A stretch of 64,000 nt of DNA. Origin: Squalus acanthias (Eukaryota). The stretch is taken from NCBI GenBank assembly GCA_030390025.1, contig JASTWF010000324.1:124001-188000 (forward strand). The letters are read 5' to 3'. The translations under genes were made by a program, and so were the position numbers. Positions 47,204-59,336 of the stretch are shown here, piece after piece (positions within the stretch are counted from its first letter, which is position 1; every line of letters starts with the position of its first letter). The notes beneath the pieces were generated by a model, which ran no database searches, was not told where the DNA came from, and saw only the letters and a list, made by a program, of their open reading frames with translations.

Positions 47204-47984
47204 TCGGACTATCTGGATGGAAACATAGAAACATAGAAACAGGGCGGGTGGGCAGGTAAAAAGCCCTGCGTTATTTACCTGCCAGGAAGCCACCCGGATC
47301 CCGCTGACCCCGAGTTTTACTCAGGCTTCTGGATGGGCGACTAAGCTGCCCCCTCAAAGCCGGAAGTATGCAGATCAGGGGTCTGACAATGCAATCGGAC
47401 CATGGTCGCGATCGTAACGCAGACCTGAGCGGGGAAATCGCAGCAAAGAGAATTGGGGCCAGCCGGTAAGATGAAGAGGCCGGAGTGATTCTACAGAGTC
47501 TAAGAGGAAAGTCGTGGCCTCCGTCCCCCGGACTCCCCACCCCCCCCCCACCCCACCCCACCCGCTTCACTCCCTCCAGACCCTCTTGGATCCCACACAC
47601 CTACCTTCCAGCTGGCAGTCGTTTCCCCACTCATGTGTTAACAAGGCCTGGGGTCTCAAATGTTCGCCAGAGAGCGCGTTTCACACTCACCCCTTCCTCT
47701 GCCCGCCCGAAACCCAATCGACCACTGTGGTTTTATGCCTCGCCCAGCTCTGTGCACTAATGTCACGATGCTCTTTGCGCCTGCTCACCATCTAAAGAGT
47801 CGCAGCCGGTCTGAGCGTGCACTGAGTGCCGGGAGAAGGTTCGCAGGAGGTTTACACATAGTCCGGCATCAACACGGAAGAGCGAAGCACTCTGATATCT
47901 CTCCTACGACCTGACCCCCCCACCAAATACAAAAAGGGAATACCAGGAATTTAAAACAATATATAACGATATTCAAATTGTGAT

Positions 47985-48830
47985 TGTGGGGGAGTCCAAA
48001 ACTTAGTGTCATAAATATAAGATAATTACAAATAAGGAATTCAGGAGAAACTTCTTTACCCAGAGAGTGGTGAGAATGTGGAACTCGCTACCACAGGGAG
48101 TGGTTGAGGCGAATAGCAGATGCATTTAAGGGGAGGCTGGATAAACACATGAGGGAGAAAGGAATAGAGGGTTATGCAAATGAAGAGGGTGACAGGAGGC
48201 TCGTGTGGAGCATAAACACTGGCATAGACCAGTTGGGCCGAATGACCTGTTTCTGTGCTGTAAATTCTTTGTAAAAGAATGATGGTGATTTGTTATTTTT
48301 TGGACTACTTGTTTGCTAGCTTTCTAAAAATGTTCACATTGTATTTTAAACAGTGAATGTTGGTGATTTATTGGGTAGCTGGTTGTTGAGTCTAACATGA
48401 GGGAGCTATGGTAATTTGTTCAATTAGAAATGGAGAAAGAGAATTGAAAAGCTCCCTGGGGATAATAATTATCTCAGAGTTAGCGATAATTGTCCAATGG
48501 TTAACTTTTAAGAGGGTCCTTATGGGAGAAACCTTTCTTTGAAAAGGGGTCCTCAAGGATTTCACCTCCCAAACCTGCAACAAGGGCAGCAGGCGCATGG
48601 AAACACCACCACCTCCATTCTGACTTGGAAATATATCGCCGATCCTTCATCGTCGCTGGGTCAAAATCCTGGAACTCCCTCCCTAACAGCACTGTGGGAG
48701 CGCCTTCACCACACGGACTGCAGCGGTTCAAGAAGGCGGCTCACCACCACCTTCTCAAGGGCAATTAGGGATGGGCAATAAATGCTGGCCTTCCAACGAT
48801 GCCCACATCCCATGAAATTCTAAAAAAAAT
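47985..48830 (+). mobile_element. Two LINE 3' fragments (~47985-48272, ~48562-48830)
   Basis: Similar to 35135-35430 and 8575-8870. Confidence 0.82.
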
Positions 48831-49014
48831 TAAAATCTAATAGTGGGAAGTGTAAATAGTGAACTGTGAATATTCAGCGGTACAACTCCTTCTTGGGTTG
48901 TGTTTGGAAAGAGTATTTTCAGCTGCATAATATAGTGTGAAATATTGGTGGGTACAGGTCTCAGAGGGGTAGTAGTGCAAGGAAAGTGGGGAGAGAGTGG
49001 CTTTAGTGCACTTC

Positions 49015-49581
49015 CTGGAGAGAGGTATATCCTCCTAGTTACCACCTATCTGTACTATTATTACCAGTAGACCTCCCCTGGCATTGCTCACACCCTGGAT
49101 AGAGAGGTATATCCTCCTAGTTACCACCTATCTGTACTATTATTACTAGTGGACCTCCCCTGGCATTGCTCACACCCTGGATAGAGAGGTATATCCTCCT
49201 AGTTACCACCTATCTGTACTATTATTACTAGTGGACCTCCTCTGGCATTGCTCACACCCTGGATAGAGAGGTATATCCTCCTAGTTACCACCTATCTGTA
49301 CTATTATTACTAGTGGACCTCCCCTGGCATTGCTCACACCCTGGATAGAGAAGTATATCCTCCTAGTTACCACCTATCTGTACTATTATTACTAGTGGAC
49401 CTCCTCTGGCATTGCTCACACCCTGGATAGAGAGGTATATCCTCCTAGTTACCACCTATCTGTACTATTATTACTAGTGGACCTCCCCTGGCATTGCTCA
49501 CACCCTGGATAGAGAGGTATATCCTCCTAGTTACCACCTATCTGTACTATTATTACCAGTAGACCTCCCCTGGCATTGCTC
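49015..49581. repeat. 82-bp tandem repeat (~7 near-identical units)
   Basis: GCATTGCTCA recurs at 49081, 49163, 49245 and onward with period 82. Confidence 0.96.
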
Positions 49582-50155
49582 AAAATGAGTTAAGCAATAT
49601 GTTGCTTTATAACAAAGGGTGATAGAGCAGGTACTAGAGAAACTAATTGTGACACTTACAGGAAGTGCTTACGAGACTTTTAATGTATTACTGATCTCAC
49701 GCATCTCGAGTATGGCTGTCACATTGCAGATGTCACATTCTAGGTGTTACACTCCGATTGTCACACTTTGTTACTAATGCATAAACAATCTTAAATAAAG
49801 AAGAGAAGGACTGGCAGGCATTCAGCACAGGTTCTTCTGAACTGGAGCCTGCAGTTTACAAGCAGTTTACCGGCAGTGAGCAAAGACACTGAGGATCTTT
49901 TAGTCATTCTAATCGCTTTTTACATATTTTCCTGTTTTTGGGCTATCTTCCTCTTGCCTGAAAAAGTTGATTTTAACAACTATCAATTAAAATGGTCAGT
50001 AGGAGCTATTTTCCTGCTGAGCAGTATTTTTTGAATAGAAATGACATAAAATCAGCCAATCACGACACAATTGGACTCATTAATGACCCGGACTTGGTAG
50101 ACAGGGCACCATTTCAAAGTTTGCGGATGACACAAAGCTTGGAAATATAGTTAAC

Positions 50156-50395
50156 AGGGTCGCCAAATCTCCAGGATTGGCCTGGAGTCTCCAGGATTTA
50201 AGATTAATCTCCAGGGCAACCCAGGAGAGAAACCATAGGGCATTGAACAAAATCTTCTTTGAACACTTCTTTATTAGTGATAAAAATATTGGAGGCGGGG
50301 AAAAAAAAGTTAGTTTGACTGAGCGGGGAAGCTGGAACCGGGAGGTCCGATGATGAAACCTCCAGGGAATATGTCCAATCAGAATTGGCAACCCT
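50156..50395. mobile_element. MITE with AGGGT(C/T)GCCAA terminal inverted repeats
   Basis: AGGGTCGCCAA...TTGGCAACCCT interrupts contiguous CR1 sequence (compare 32561-32585). Confidence 0.75.
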
Positions 50396-50434
50396 CAGTG
50401 AGGGGGATAGTAGCAGGCTTCAGGAGGACATCGA

Positions 50435-50821
50435 CAGACTGGTGAAATGGGCAGGCACACGGCAGCTGCAAATTAACCAGACTGGTGAAGTGGGCAGGCA
50501 CATGGCAGCTGCAAATTAACCAGACTGGTAAAATGGGCAGGCACATGGCAGCTGCAAATTAACCAGACTGGTGAAATGGGCAGGCACACGGCAGCTGCAA
50601 ATTAACCAGACTGGTGAAGTGGGCAGGCACATGGCAGCTACAAATTAACCAGACTGGTGAAATGGGCAAGCACATGGCAGCTGCAAATTAACCAGACTGG
50701 TAAAATGGGCAGGCACATGGCAGCTGCAAATTAACCAGACTGGTGAAGTGGGCAGGCACATGGCAGCTACAAATTAACCAGACTGGTGAAATGGGCAAGC
50801 ACATGGCAGCTGCAAATTAAC
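50435..50821. repeat. 43-bp tandem repeat (9 units) derived from CR1 ORF2
   Basis: Unit CAGACTGGTGAAATGGGCAGGCACATGGCAGCTGCAAATTAAC; single-copy equivalent at ~32603-32646. Confidence 0.93.
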
Positions 50822-51351
50822 GCAGAGAAGTGCATTTTGGAAGGAAAACTGAGGAGAGGCAATATGAACTAAATGGTACAATTTTAAAGGGGGTTGAGGA
50901 ACAGAGAGACCTGGGAGTTCACACACACAAATCTCTGAAGGTGGCAGGACAAGTTGAGAAAGCTGTTAAAAAAGCATGCGGGATCCTTGGCTTTAGAAAT
51001 AAAGGCATAGAGTACAAAAGCCAGGATATTATGCTAAACCTTTATAAAACACGACGGTTCAACATTTCTCAGGCATCCAAACAGCTGGCCATCCAGCTGT
51101 GCAGCACACTGGTGTATAATGGGTCGGTGTAGCTGACATTCCTGCTCTTCAGTCCCTGTCACTCTGTGACCACTCGCTGTCACATCAAACGGGAGTGGAA
51201 GCAAGAAATCCCATGCTAGCCTGTTGCTAGCTTTCTGAAAGTGGATGTTTGAGATTAAAGGTTCATTTTAATCGTACAACAAGAAGACAAATACTATAAC
51301 ATGCATTAACATAGAAAATGTCACAAGGCGTTTTATGGGCCGGAGGGGGAA

Positions 51352-51842
51352 AACAACAACAACTTGTATTTATACAGAACCTTTAACGTAGTAAAACGTC
51401 CCAAGGTGCTTCACAGGAGCGATTATCAGACAAAAATTGACACCGAGCCAAATAAGGAGATATTAGGACAGGTGAGCAAAAGCTTGGTCAAAGAGGTCGG
51501 TTTTAAGGAGCGTCTTAAAGGAGGAGAGAGAGGCGGAGAGGTTTAGGGAGGGAATTCCAGAGCTTAGGGCCCAGGCAGCTGAAGGCACGGCCGTCAATGG
51601 TGGAGTGATTAATATCGGGGATGTTCGAGAGGCCAGAATTGGAGGAGCGCAGAGATCTCAGAGGGTTGTGGGGCTGGAGGAGGTTACAGAGATAGGGAGG
51701 GGCGAGACCATGGAGGGATTTGAAAACAAGGATGAGAATTTTAAACTTGAGGCGTTTCTTAACTGGGAGCCAGTGTAGGTCAGTGAGCACAGGGGTGATG
51801 GGTGAACGGGATTTGGTGCGAGCTAGGACACGGGGCAGAGGA
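51352..51842 (-). mobile_element. L2/CR1-group LINE 3' end
   Basis: PITPVLTDLHWLPVKKRLKFKILILVFKSLHGLAPPYL. Confidence 0.88.
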
Positions 51843-52184
51843 TGGACAAGAGGCCAGAGTTGGAGCCCTTTAAAAGCTGCTTGGCCGATATCCCACCCCA
51901 ATCACAATTTCCAGTTTAATTGTTAATGAGCAGATCTCTGTCCACCAGCACAGTGACTCCTTCAATCAGCAACTGAGTCAAAAGAAAGCCAGGAAACATA
52001 CAAGGAAAACATGGTGTTCCAAACCATCAGGTATTTACAGCACACTTATCTCAGAAGTGACAGGCTAAGGTAATTGGGGAATGCTTTGTGCTTGTATGAT
52101 GGTTTGTTGTGCAAATGTTAAACTTTGCATTGGGAGTGAATGAGAATGAATTTATTCCATTAGAATTCTGTACAATGGGAGTGA

Positions 52185-52895
52185 ACCACGCTGCTCGCGA
52201 CCTTGGTGTCATATTTGACCCTGAAATGAGCTTCCGACCACATAACCGCGGCAGAACAAAGACCGCCTATTTCCACCTCCGTAACATCGCCCGTCATCCG
52301 CTGCTGAAACCCTCATCCATGCCTTTGTTACCTCTAGACTTGACTATTCCAACGCACTCCTGGCAGACCTCCCACATTCCACCCTACGTAAATTTGAGGT
52401 CATCCAAAACTCGGCTGCCCATGTCCTAACTCGCACCAAGTCCCGTTTGCCCATCATCCCTGTGCTCGCTGACCTATATTGGCTCCCGGTTAAGCAGCAG
52501 CACGATTTCAAAATTCTCATCCTTGTTTTCAAATCCCTCCATGGCCTCGCCCCTCCATATCTCTGTAATCTCCTCCAGCCCCACAACCCCCCGAGATATC
52601 TGTGCTCCTCTAATTCTGCCCTCTTGAGCATCACTGATTATAATCGCTCAACCATTGGTAGCCGTGCCTTCTGTTACCTAGGCCCTAAACTGTGGAATTC
52701 CCTGCCTAAACCTCTCCGCCTCTCTACCTCTCTCTCCTCCTTAAAACCTACCTCTTTGACGAAGCTTTTCGTCACCTGCCCTAATTTCTCCTTATGTGGC
52801 TTGGTGTCAAAATGTTTTGTCTTATAATACTCCTGTGCAGCGCCTTGGGATGTTTTACTATGTCAAAGGTGCTGTATAAATACATGTTGTTGTTG
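52185..52895 (+). mobile_element. L2/CR1-group LINE 3' end
   Basis: RDLGVIFDPEMSF...AYFHLRNIAR; PVLADLYWLPV; (TTG)n tail. Confidence 0.88.
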
Positions 52896-55800
52896 AGTGA
52901 ATGCGAAGGGGTTTGGTCCATTAGGATTGTGTACAATGGGAGTGAATGGGAAGGGGTTTGGTCCATTGGGATTGCGTACAATGGGAGTGAATGGGAAGGG
53001 CTTTGGGTCCATTGGGATTGTGTACAGTGGGAGTGAATGGGAAGGGGTTTGGTCCATTGGGATTGTGTACAATGGGAGTGAATGGGAAGGGGTTTGGTCC
53101 ATTGGGATTCTGTACAGTGGGAGTGAATGGGAAGGGGTTTGGTCCATTGGGATTGTGTACAGTGGGAGTGAATGGGAAGGGGTTTGGTCCATTGGGATTG
53201 TGTATAATGGGAGTGAATGGGAAGGGGTTTGGGTCCATTGGGATTGTGTACAATGGGAGTGAATGGGAAGGGGTTTGGTCCATTGGGATTGTGTACAATG
53301 GGAGTGAATGGGAAGAGGTTTCGTCCATTGGGATTGTGTACAATGGGAGTGAATGGGAAGGGGTTTGGTCCATTGGGATTATGTACAGTGGCAGTGAATG
53401 GGAAGGGGTTTGGTCCATTGGGATTGTGTACAGTGGCAGTGAATGGGAAGGGGTTTGGTCCATTGGGATTGTGTACAATGGGAGTGAATGGGAAGGGGTT
53501 TGGGTCCATTGGGATTGTGTACAATGGGAGTGAATGGGAAGGGGTTTTGTCCATTGGGATTCTGTACAATGGGAGTGAATGGGAAGTGGTTTGGTCCATT
53601 GGGATTCTGTACAGTGGGAGTGAATGGGAAGAGGTTTGGTCCATTGGGATTCTGTACAATGGGAGTGAATGGGAAGGGGTTTGGTCCATTGTGATTGTGT
53701 ACAATGGGAGTGAATGGGAAGGGGTTTGGTCCATTGCAATTGTGTACAATAGGAGTGAACGGGAAGGGGTTTGGTCCATTGGGATTCTGTACAATGGGAG
53801 TGAATGGGAAGGGGTTTAGTCCATTGGGATTCTGTACAATGGGAGTGAATGGGAAGGGGTTTGGTCCATTTGGATTGTGTACAATGGGAGTGAATGGGAA
53901 GGGGTTTGGTCCATTTGGATTGTGTACAATGGGAGTGAATGGGACGATGTTTGGGTCCATTGGGATTGTGTACAATGGGAGTGAATGGGAAGGGGTTTCG
54001 TCCATTGGGATTCTGTACAATGGGAGTGAATGGGAAGGGGTTTGGTCCATTGGGATTCAGTACAATGGGAGTGAATGGGAAGGGGTTTGGGTCCATTGTG
54101 ATTCTGTACAATGGGAGTGAATGGGAAGGGGTTTGGTCCATTGGGATTCTGTACAATGGGAGTGAATGGGAAGAGGTTTGGTCCATTGGGATTGTGTACA
54201 GTGGGAGTGAATGGGAAGGGGTTTGTCCATTGGGATTGTGAATAATGGGAGTGAATGGTTAGGGGTTTGGTCCATTGGGATTCTGTACAATGGGAGTGAA
54301 TGGGAAGAGGTTTGGTCCATTGGGATTCTGTACAATGGGAGTGAATGGGAAGCGGTTTGGTCCATTGGGATTGTGTACAATGGGAGTGAATGGGAAGGTG
54401 TTTGGTCTATTGGGATTGTGTACAATGGGAGTGAATGGGAAGGGGTTTAGTCCATTGTGATTGTGTACAATGGGAGTGAATGGGAAGAGGTTTGGGTCCA
54501 TTGGGATTGTGTAAAGTGGGAGTGAATGGGAAGGGGTTTGGTCCATTGGGATTGTGTACAATGGGAGTGAATGGGAAGGGGTGTGGTCCATTGGGATTGT
54601 GTACAGTGGGAGTGAATGGGAAGGGGTTTGGTCCATTGGGATTCTGTACAAAGGAATGAATGGGAAGAGGTTTGGTCCATTGGGATTGTGTACAGTGGGA
54701 GTGAATGGGAAGGGTTTTGTCCATTGGGATTGTGTACAATGGGAGTGAATGGGAAGGGGTTTGGTCCATTGGGATTCTGTACAATGGGAGTGAATGGGAA
54801 GGGGTTTGGTCCATTGGGATTCTGTACAATGGGAGTGAATGGGAAGGGGTTTGGTCCATTGGGATTGTGTAAAGTGGGAGTGAATGGGAAGGGGTTTGGT
54901 CCATTGGGATTCTGTACAAAGGAGTGAATGGGAAGAGGTTTGGTCCATTGGGATTGTGTACAGTGGGAGTGAATGGGAAGGGGTTTGGTCCATTGGGATT
55001 CTGTACAATGGGAGTGAATGGGAAGGGGTTTGGTCCATTGGGATTCTGTACAATGGGAGTGAATGGGAAGAGGTTTGGTCCATTGGGATTGTGTACAGTG
55101 GGAGTGAATGGGAAGGGGTTTGGTCCATTGGGATTGTGAACAATGGGAGTGAATGGTTAGGGGTTTGGTCCATTGGGATTCTGTTCAATGGGAGTGAATG
55201 GGAAGAGGTTTGGTCCATTGGGATTCTGTACAATGGGAGTGAATGGGAAGGGGTTTGGACCATTGGGATTGTGTACAATGGGAGTGAATGGGAAGGTGTT
55301 TGGTCTATTGGGATTGTGTACAATGGGAGTGAATGGGAAGGGGTTTGGTCCATTGTGATTGTGTGAAGTGGGATTGAATGGGAAGGGGTTTGGTCCATTG
55401 GGATTGTGTACAATGGGAGTGAATGGGAAGGGGTGTGGTCCATTGGGATTCTGTACAATGGGAGGAGGGATTTCGTCCATTGGCATTCTCTACAATGGAA
55501 GTGAATGGGAAGGGGTTTGGTCCATTGGGATTGTGTACAGTGGGAGTGAATGGGAAGGGGTTTGGTCCATTGGGATTGTGTACAGTGGGAGTGAATGGGA
55601 AGGGGTTTGGTCCATTGGGATTGTGTACAATGGGAGTGAATGGGAAGGGGTTTGGTCCATTGGGATTGTGTAAAGTGGGAGTGAATGGGAAGGGGTTTGG
55701 TCCATTGGGATTGTGTACAATGGGAGTGAATGGGAAGGGGTTTGGTCCATTGGGATTGTGTACAAGTGGGAGTGAATGGGAAGGGGTTTGGTCCATTGGG

Positions 55801-58738
55801 ATTCTGTACAAAGGAATGAATGGGAAGAGGTTTGGTCCATTGGGATTGTGTACAGTGGGAGTGAATGGGAAGGGTTTGGTCCATTGGGATTGTGTACAAT
55901 GGGAGTGAATGGGAAGGGGTTTGGTCCATTGGGATTGTGTACATTGGGAGTGAATGGGAAGGGGTTTGGTCCATTGGGATTGTGTACAATGGGAGTGAAT
56001 GGGAAGGGTTTTGGTCCATTGGGATTCTGTACAATGGGAGTGAATGGGAAGAGGTTTGGTCCATTGGGATTCTGTACAATGGGAGTGAATGGGAAGGGTT
56101 TGGTCCATTGGGATTGTGTACAGTGGGAGTGAATGGGAAGAGGTTTGGTCCATTGGGATTGTGTACAATGGGAGTGAATGGGACGGTATTTGGTCCATTG
56201 GGATTGTGTACAGTGGGAGTGAATGGGAAGAGGTTTGGTCCATTGGGATTGTGTACAATGGGAGTGAATGGGAAGGGGTTTGGGTCCATTGGAATTGTGT
56301 ACAATGGGAGTGAATGGGAAGAGGTGTTGTCCATTGGGATTCTGTACAATGGGAGTGAATGGGAAGGGGTTTGGTCCATTGGGATTCTTTACAGTGGGAG
56401 TGAATGGGAAGAGGTTTGGTCCAGTGGGATTCTGTACAATAGGAGTGAATGGGAAGGGGTTTGGGTCCATTGGAATTGTGTACAATGGGAGTGAATGGGA
56501 AGTGGTTTGGTCCATTGGGATTCTGTACAATGGGAGTGAATGGGAAGGGGTTTTGTCCATTGCGATTCTGTACAATGGGAGTGAATGGGAAGGGGTTTGG
56601 TCCATTGGGATTCTGTACAGTGGGAGTGAAAGGGAAGAGGTTTGGTCCATTGGGATTCTGTACAATAGGAGTGAATGGGAAGGGGTTTGGTCCATTGTGA
56701 TTGTGTACAATGGGAGTGAATGGGAAGGGGTGTGGTCCATTGGGATTGTGTACAATGGGAGTGAATGGGAAGTGGTTTGGTCCATTGGGATTCTGTACAA
56801 TGGGAGTGAATGGGAAGGGGTTTGGTCCATTGGGATTCTGTACAATGGGAGTGAATGGGAAGGGCTTTGGTCCATTGGGATTCTGTACAATGGGAGTGAA
56901 TGGGAAGGGGTTTGGTCCATTGGGATTGTGTACAGTGGGAGTGAATGGGAAGGGGTTTGGTCCATTGGAATTGTGTACAATGGGAGTGAATATGAAGGGG
57001 TTTGGTCCATTGGGATTGCGTACAATGGGAGTGAATGGGAAGGGCTTTGGGTCCATTGGGATTGTGTACAGTGGGAGTGAATGGGAAGGGGTTTGGTCCA
57101 TTGGGATTCTGTACAATGGGAGTGAATGGGAAGGGGTTTTGTCCATTGCGATTCTGTACAATGGGAGTGAATGGGAAGGGGTTTGGTCCATTGGGATTCT
57201 GTACAGTGGGAGTGAATGGGAAGAGGTTTGGTCCATTGGGATTCTGTACAATAGGAGTGAACGGGGAGGGGTTTGGTCCATTGGGATTCAGTACAATGGG
57301 AGTGAATGGGAAGGGGTTTGGTCCATTGGGATTCTGTACAATGGGAGTGAATGGGAAGAGGTTTGGTCCATTGGGATTGTGTACAGTGGGAGTGAATGGG
57401 AAGGGGTTTGTCCATTGGGATTGTGAATAATGGGAGTGAATGGTTAGGGGTTTGGTCCATTGGGATTCTGTTCAATGGGAGTGAATGGGAAGAGGTTTGG
57501 TCCATTGGGATTCTGTACAATGGGAGTGAATGGGAAGGGGTTTGGACCATTGGGATTGTGTACAATGGGAGTGAATGGGAAGGTGTTTGGTCCATTGGGA
57601 TTGTGTACAATGGGAGTGAATGGGAAGGGGTTTGGTCCATTGTGATTGTGTACAGTGGGAGTGAATGGGAATGGGTTTGGGTCCATTGGGATTGTGTGAA
57701 GTGGGATTGAATGGGAAGGGGTTTGGTCCATTGGGATTGTGTACAATGGGAGTGAATGGGAAGGGGTGTGGTCCATTGGGATTCTGTACAATGGGAGGGG
57801 ATTTCGTCCATTGGATTCTCTACAATGGAAGTGAATGGGAAGGGGTTTGGTCCATTGGGATTGTGTACAGTGGGAGTGAATGGGAAGGGGTTTGGTCCAT
57901 TGGGATTGTGTACAGTGGGAGTGAATGGGAAGGGGTTTGGTCCATTGGGATTGTGTACAGTGGGAGTGAATGGGAAGGGGTTTGGTCCATTGGGATTGTG
58001 TACAATGGGAGTGAATGGGAAGGGGTTTGGTCCATTGGGATTGTGTAAAGTGGGAGTGAATGGGAAGGGGTTTGGTCCATTGGGATTGTGTACAATGGGA
58101 GTGAATGGGAAGGGGTGTGGTCCATTGGGATTCTGTACAAAAGGAGTGAATGGGAAGAGGTTTGGTCCATTGGGATTGTGTACAGTGGGAGTGAATGGGA
58201 AGGGGTTTGGTCCATTGGGATTGTGTACAGTGGGAGTGAATGGGAAGGGGTTTGGTCCATTGGGATTCTATACAAAGGAATGAATGGGAAGAGGTTTGGT
58301 CCATTGGGATTGTGTACAGTGGGAGTGAATGGGAAGGGTTTTGTCCATTGGGATTGTGAATAATGGGAGTGAATGGGAAGGGCTTTGGTCCATTGGGATT
58401 CTGTACAATGGGAGTGAATGGGAAGAGGTTTGGTCCATTGGGATTGTGTACAGTGGGAGTGAATGGGAAGGGGTTTGTCCATTGGGATTGTGAATAATGG
58501 GAGTGAATGGTTAGGGGTTTGGTCCATTTGGATTCTGTTCAATGGGAGTGAATGGGAAGAGGTTTGGTCCATTGGGATTCTGTACAATGGGAGTGAATGG
58601 GAAGGGGTTTGGACCATTGGGATTGTGTACAATGGGAGTGAATGGGAAGGGGTTTGGACCATTGGGATTGTGTACAATGGGAGTGAATGGGAAGGGGTTT
58701 AGTCCATTGTGATTGTGTACAGTGGGAGTGAATGGGAA
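52896..58738. repeat. 45-bp G-rich minisatellite (~130 units)
   Basis: Unit GGGAGTGAATGGGAAGGGGTTTGGTCCATTGGGATTGTGTACAAT. Confidence 0.98.
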
Positions 58739-58836
58739 TAGAAACATAGAAACATAGAAACTAGGAGCAGGAGTAGGCCATTCGGCCCGTCGAGCCTGCT
58801 CCACCATTCAATACGATCATGGCTGATCATCCAAAT
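58739..58836 (-). mobile_element. CR1/V-SINE 3' tail running into the gap
   Basis: Near identical to 44248-44328; (CATAGAAA)n end. Confidence 0.8.
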
Positions 58837-59336
58837 NNNNNNNNNNNNNNNNNNNNNNNNNNNNNNNNNNNNNNNNNNNNNNNNNNNNNNNNNNNNNNNN
58901 NNNNNNNNNNNNNNNNNNNNNNNNNNNNNNNNNNNNNNNNNNNNNNNNNNNNNNNNNNNNNNNNNNNNNNNNNNNNNNNNNNNNNNNNNNNNNNNNNNNN
59001 NNNNNNNNNNNNNNNNNNNNNNNNNNNNNNNNNNNNNNNNNNNNNNNNNNNNNNNNNNNNNNNNNNNNNNNNNNNNNNNNNNNNNNNNNNNNNNNNNNNN
59101 NNNNNNNNNNNNNNNNNNNNNNNNNNNNNNNNNNNNNNNNNNNNNNNNNNNNNNNNNNNNNNNNNNNNNNNNNNNNNNNNNNNNNNNNNNNNNNNNNNNN
59201 NNNNNNNNNNNNNNNNNNNNNNNNNNNNNNNNNNNNNNNNNNNNNNNNNNNNNNNNNNNNNNNNNNNNNNNNNNNNNNNNNNNNNNNNNNNNNNNNNNNN
59301 NNNNNNNNNNNNNNNNNNNNNNNNNNNNNNNNNNNN
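58837..59336. other. Assembly gap (500 N)
   Basis: Run of N. Confidence 0.99.

Larger units (their letters stand above)
50080..51050 (+). mobile_element. CR1 RT fragment containing a MITE and an internal minisatellite
   Basis: ISKFADDTKLG...; HFGRKTEERQY.LNGTILKGV.EQRDLGV. Confidence 0.85.

Noticed and set aside
52781..58807. Pro/His-rich ORFs up to 773 aa
   Set aside because: 45-bp minisatellite translation with frame switches at indels
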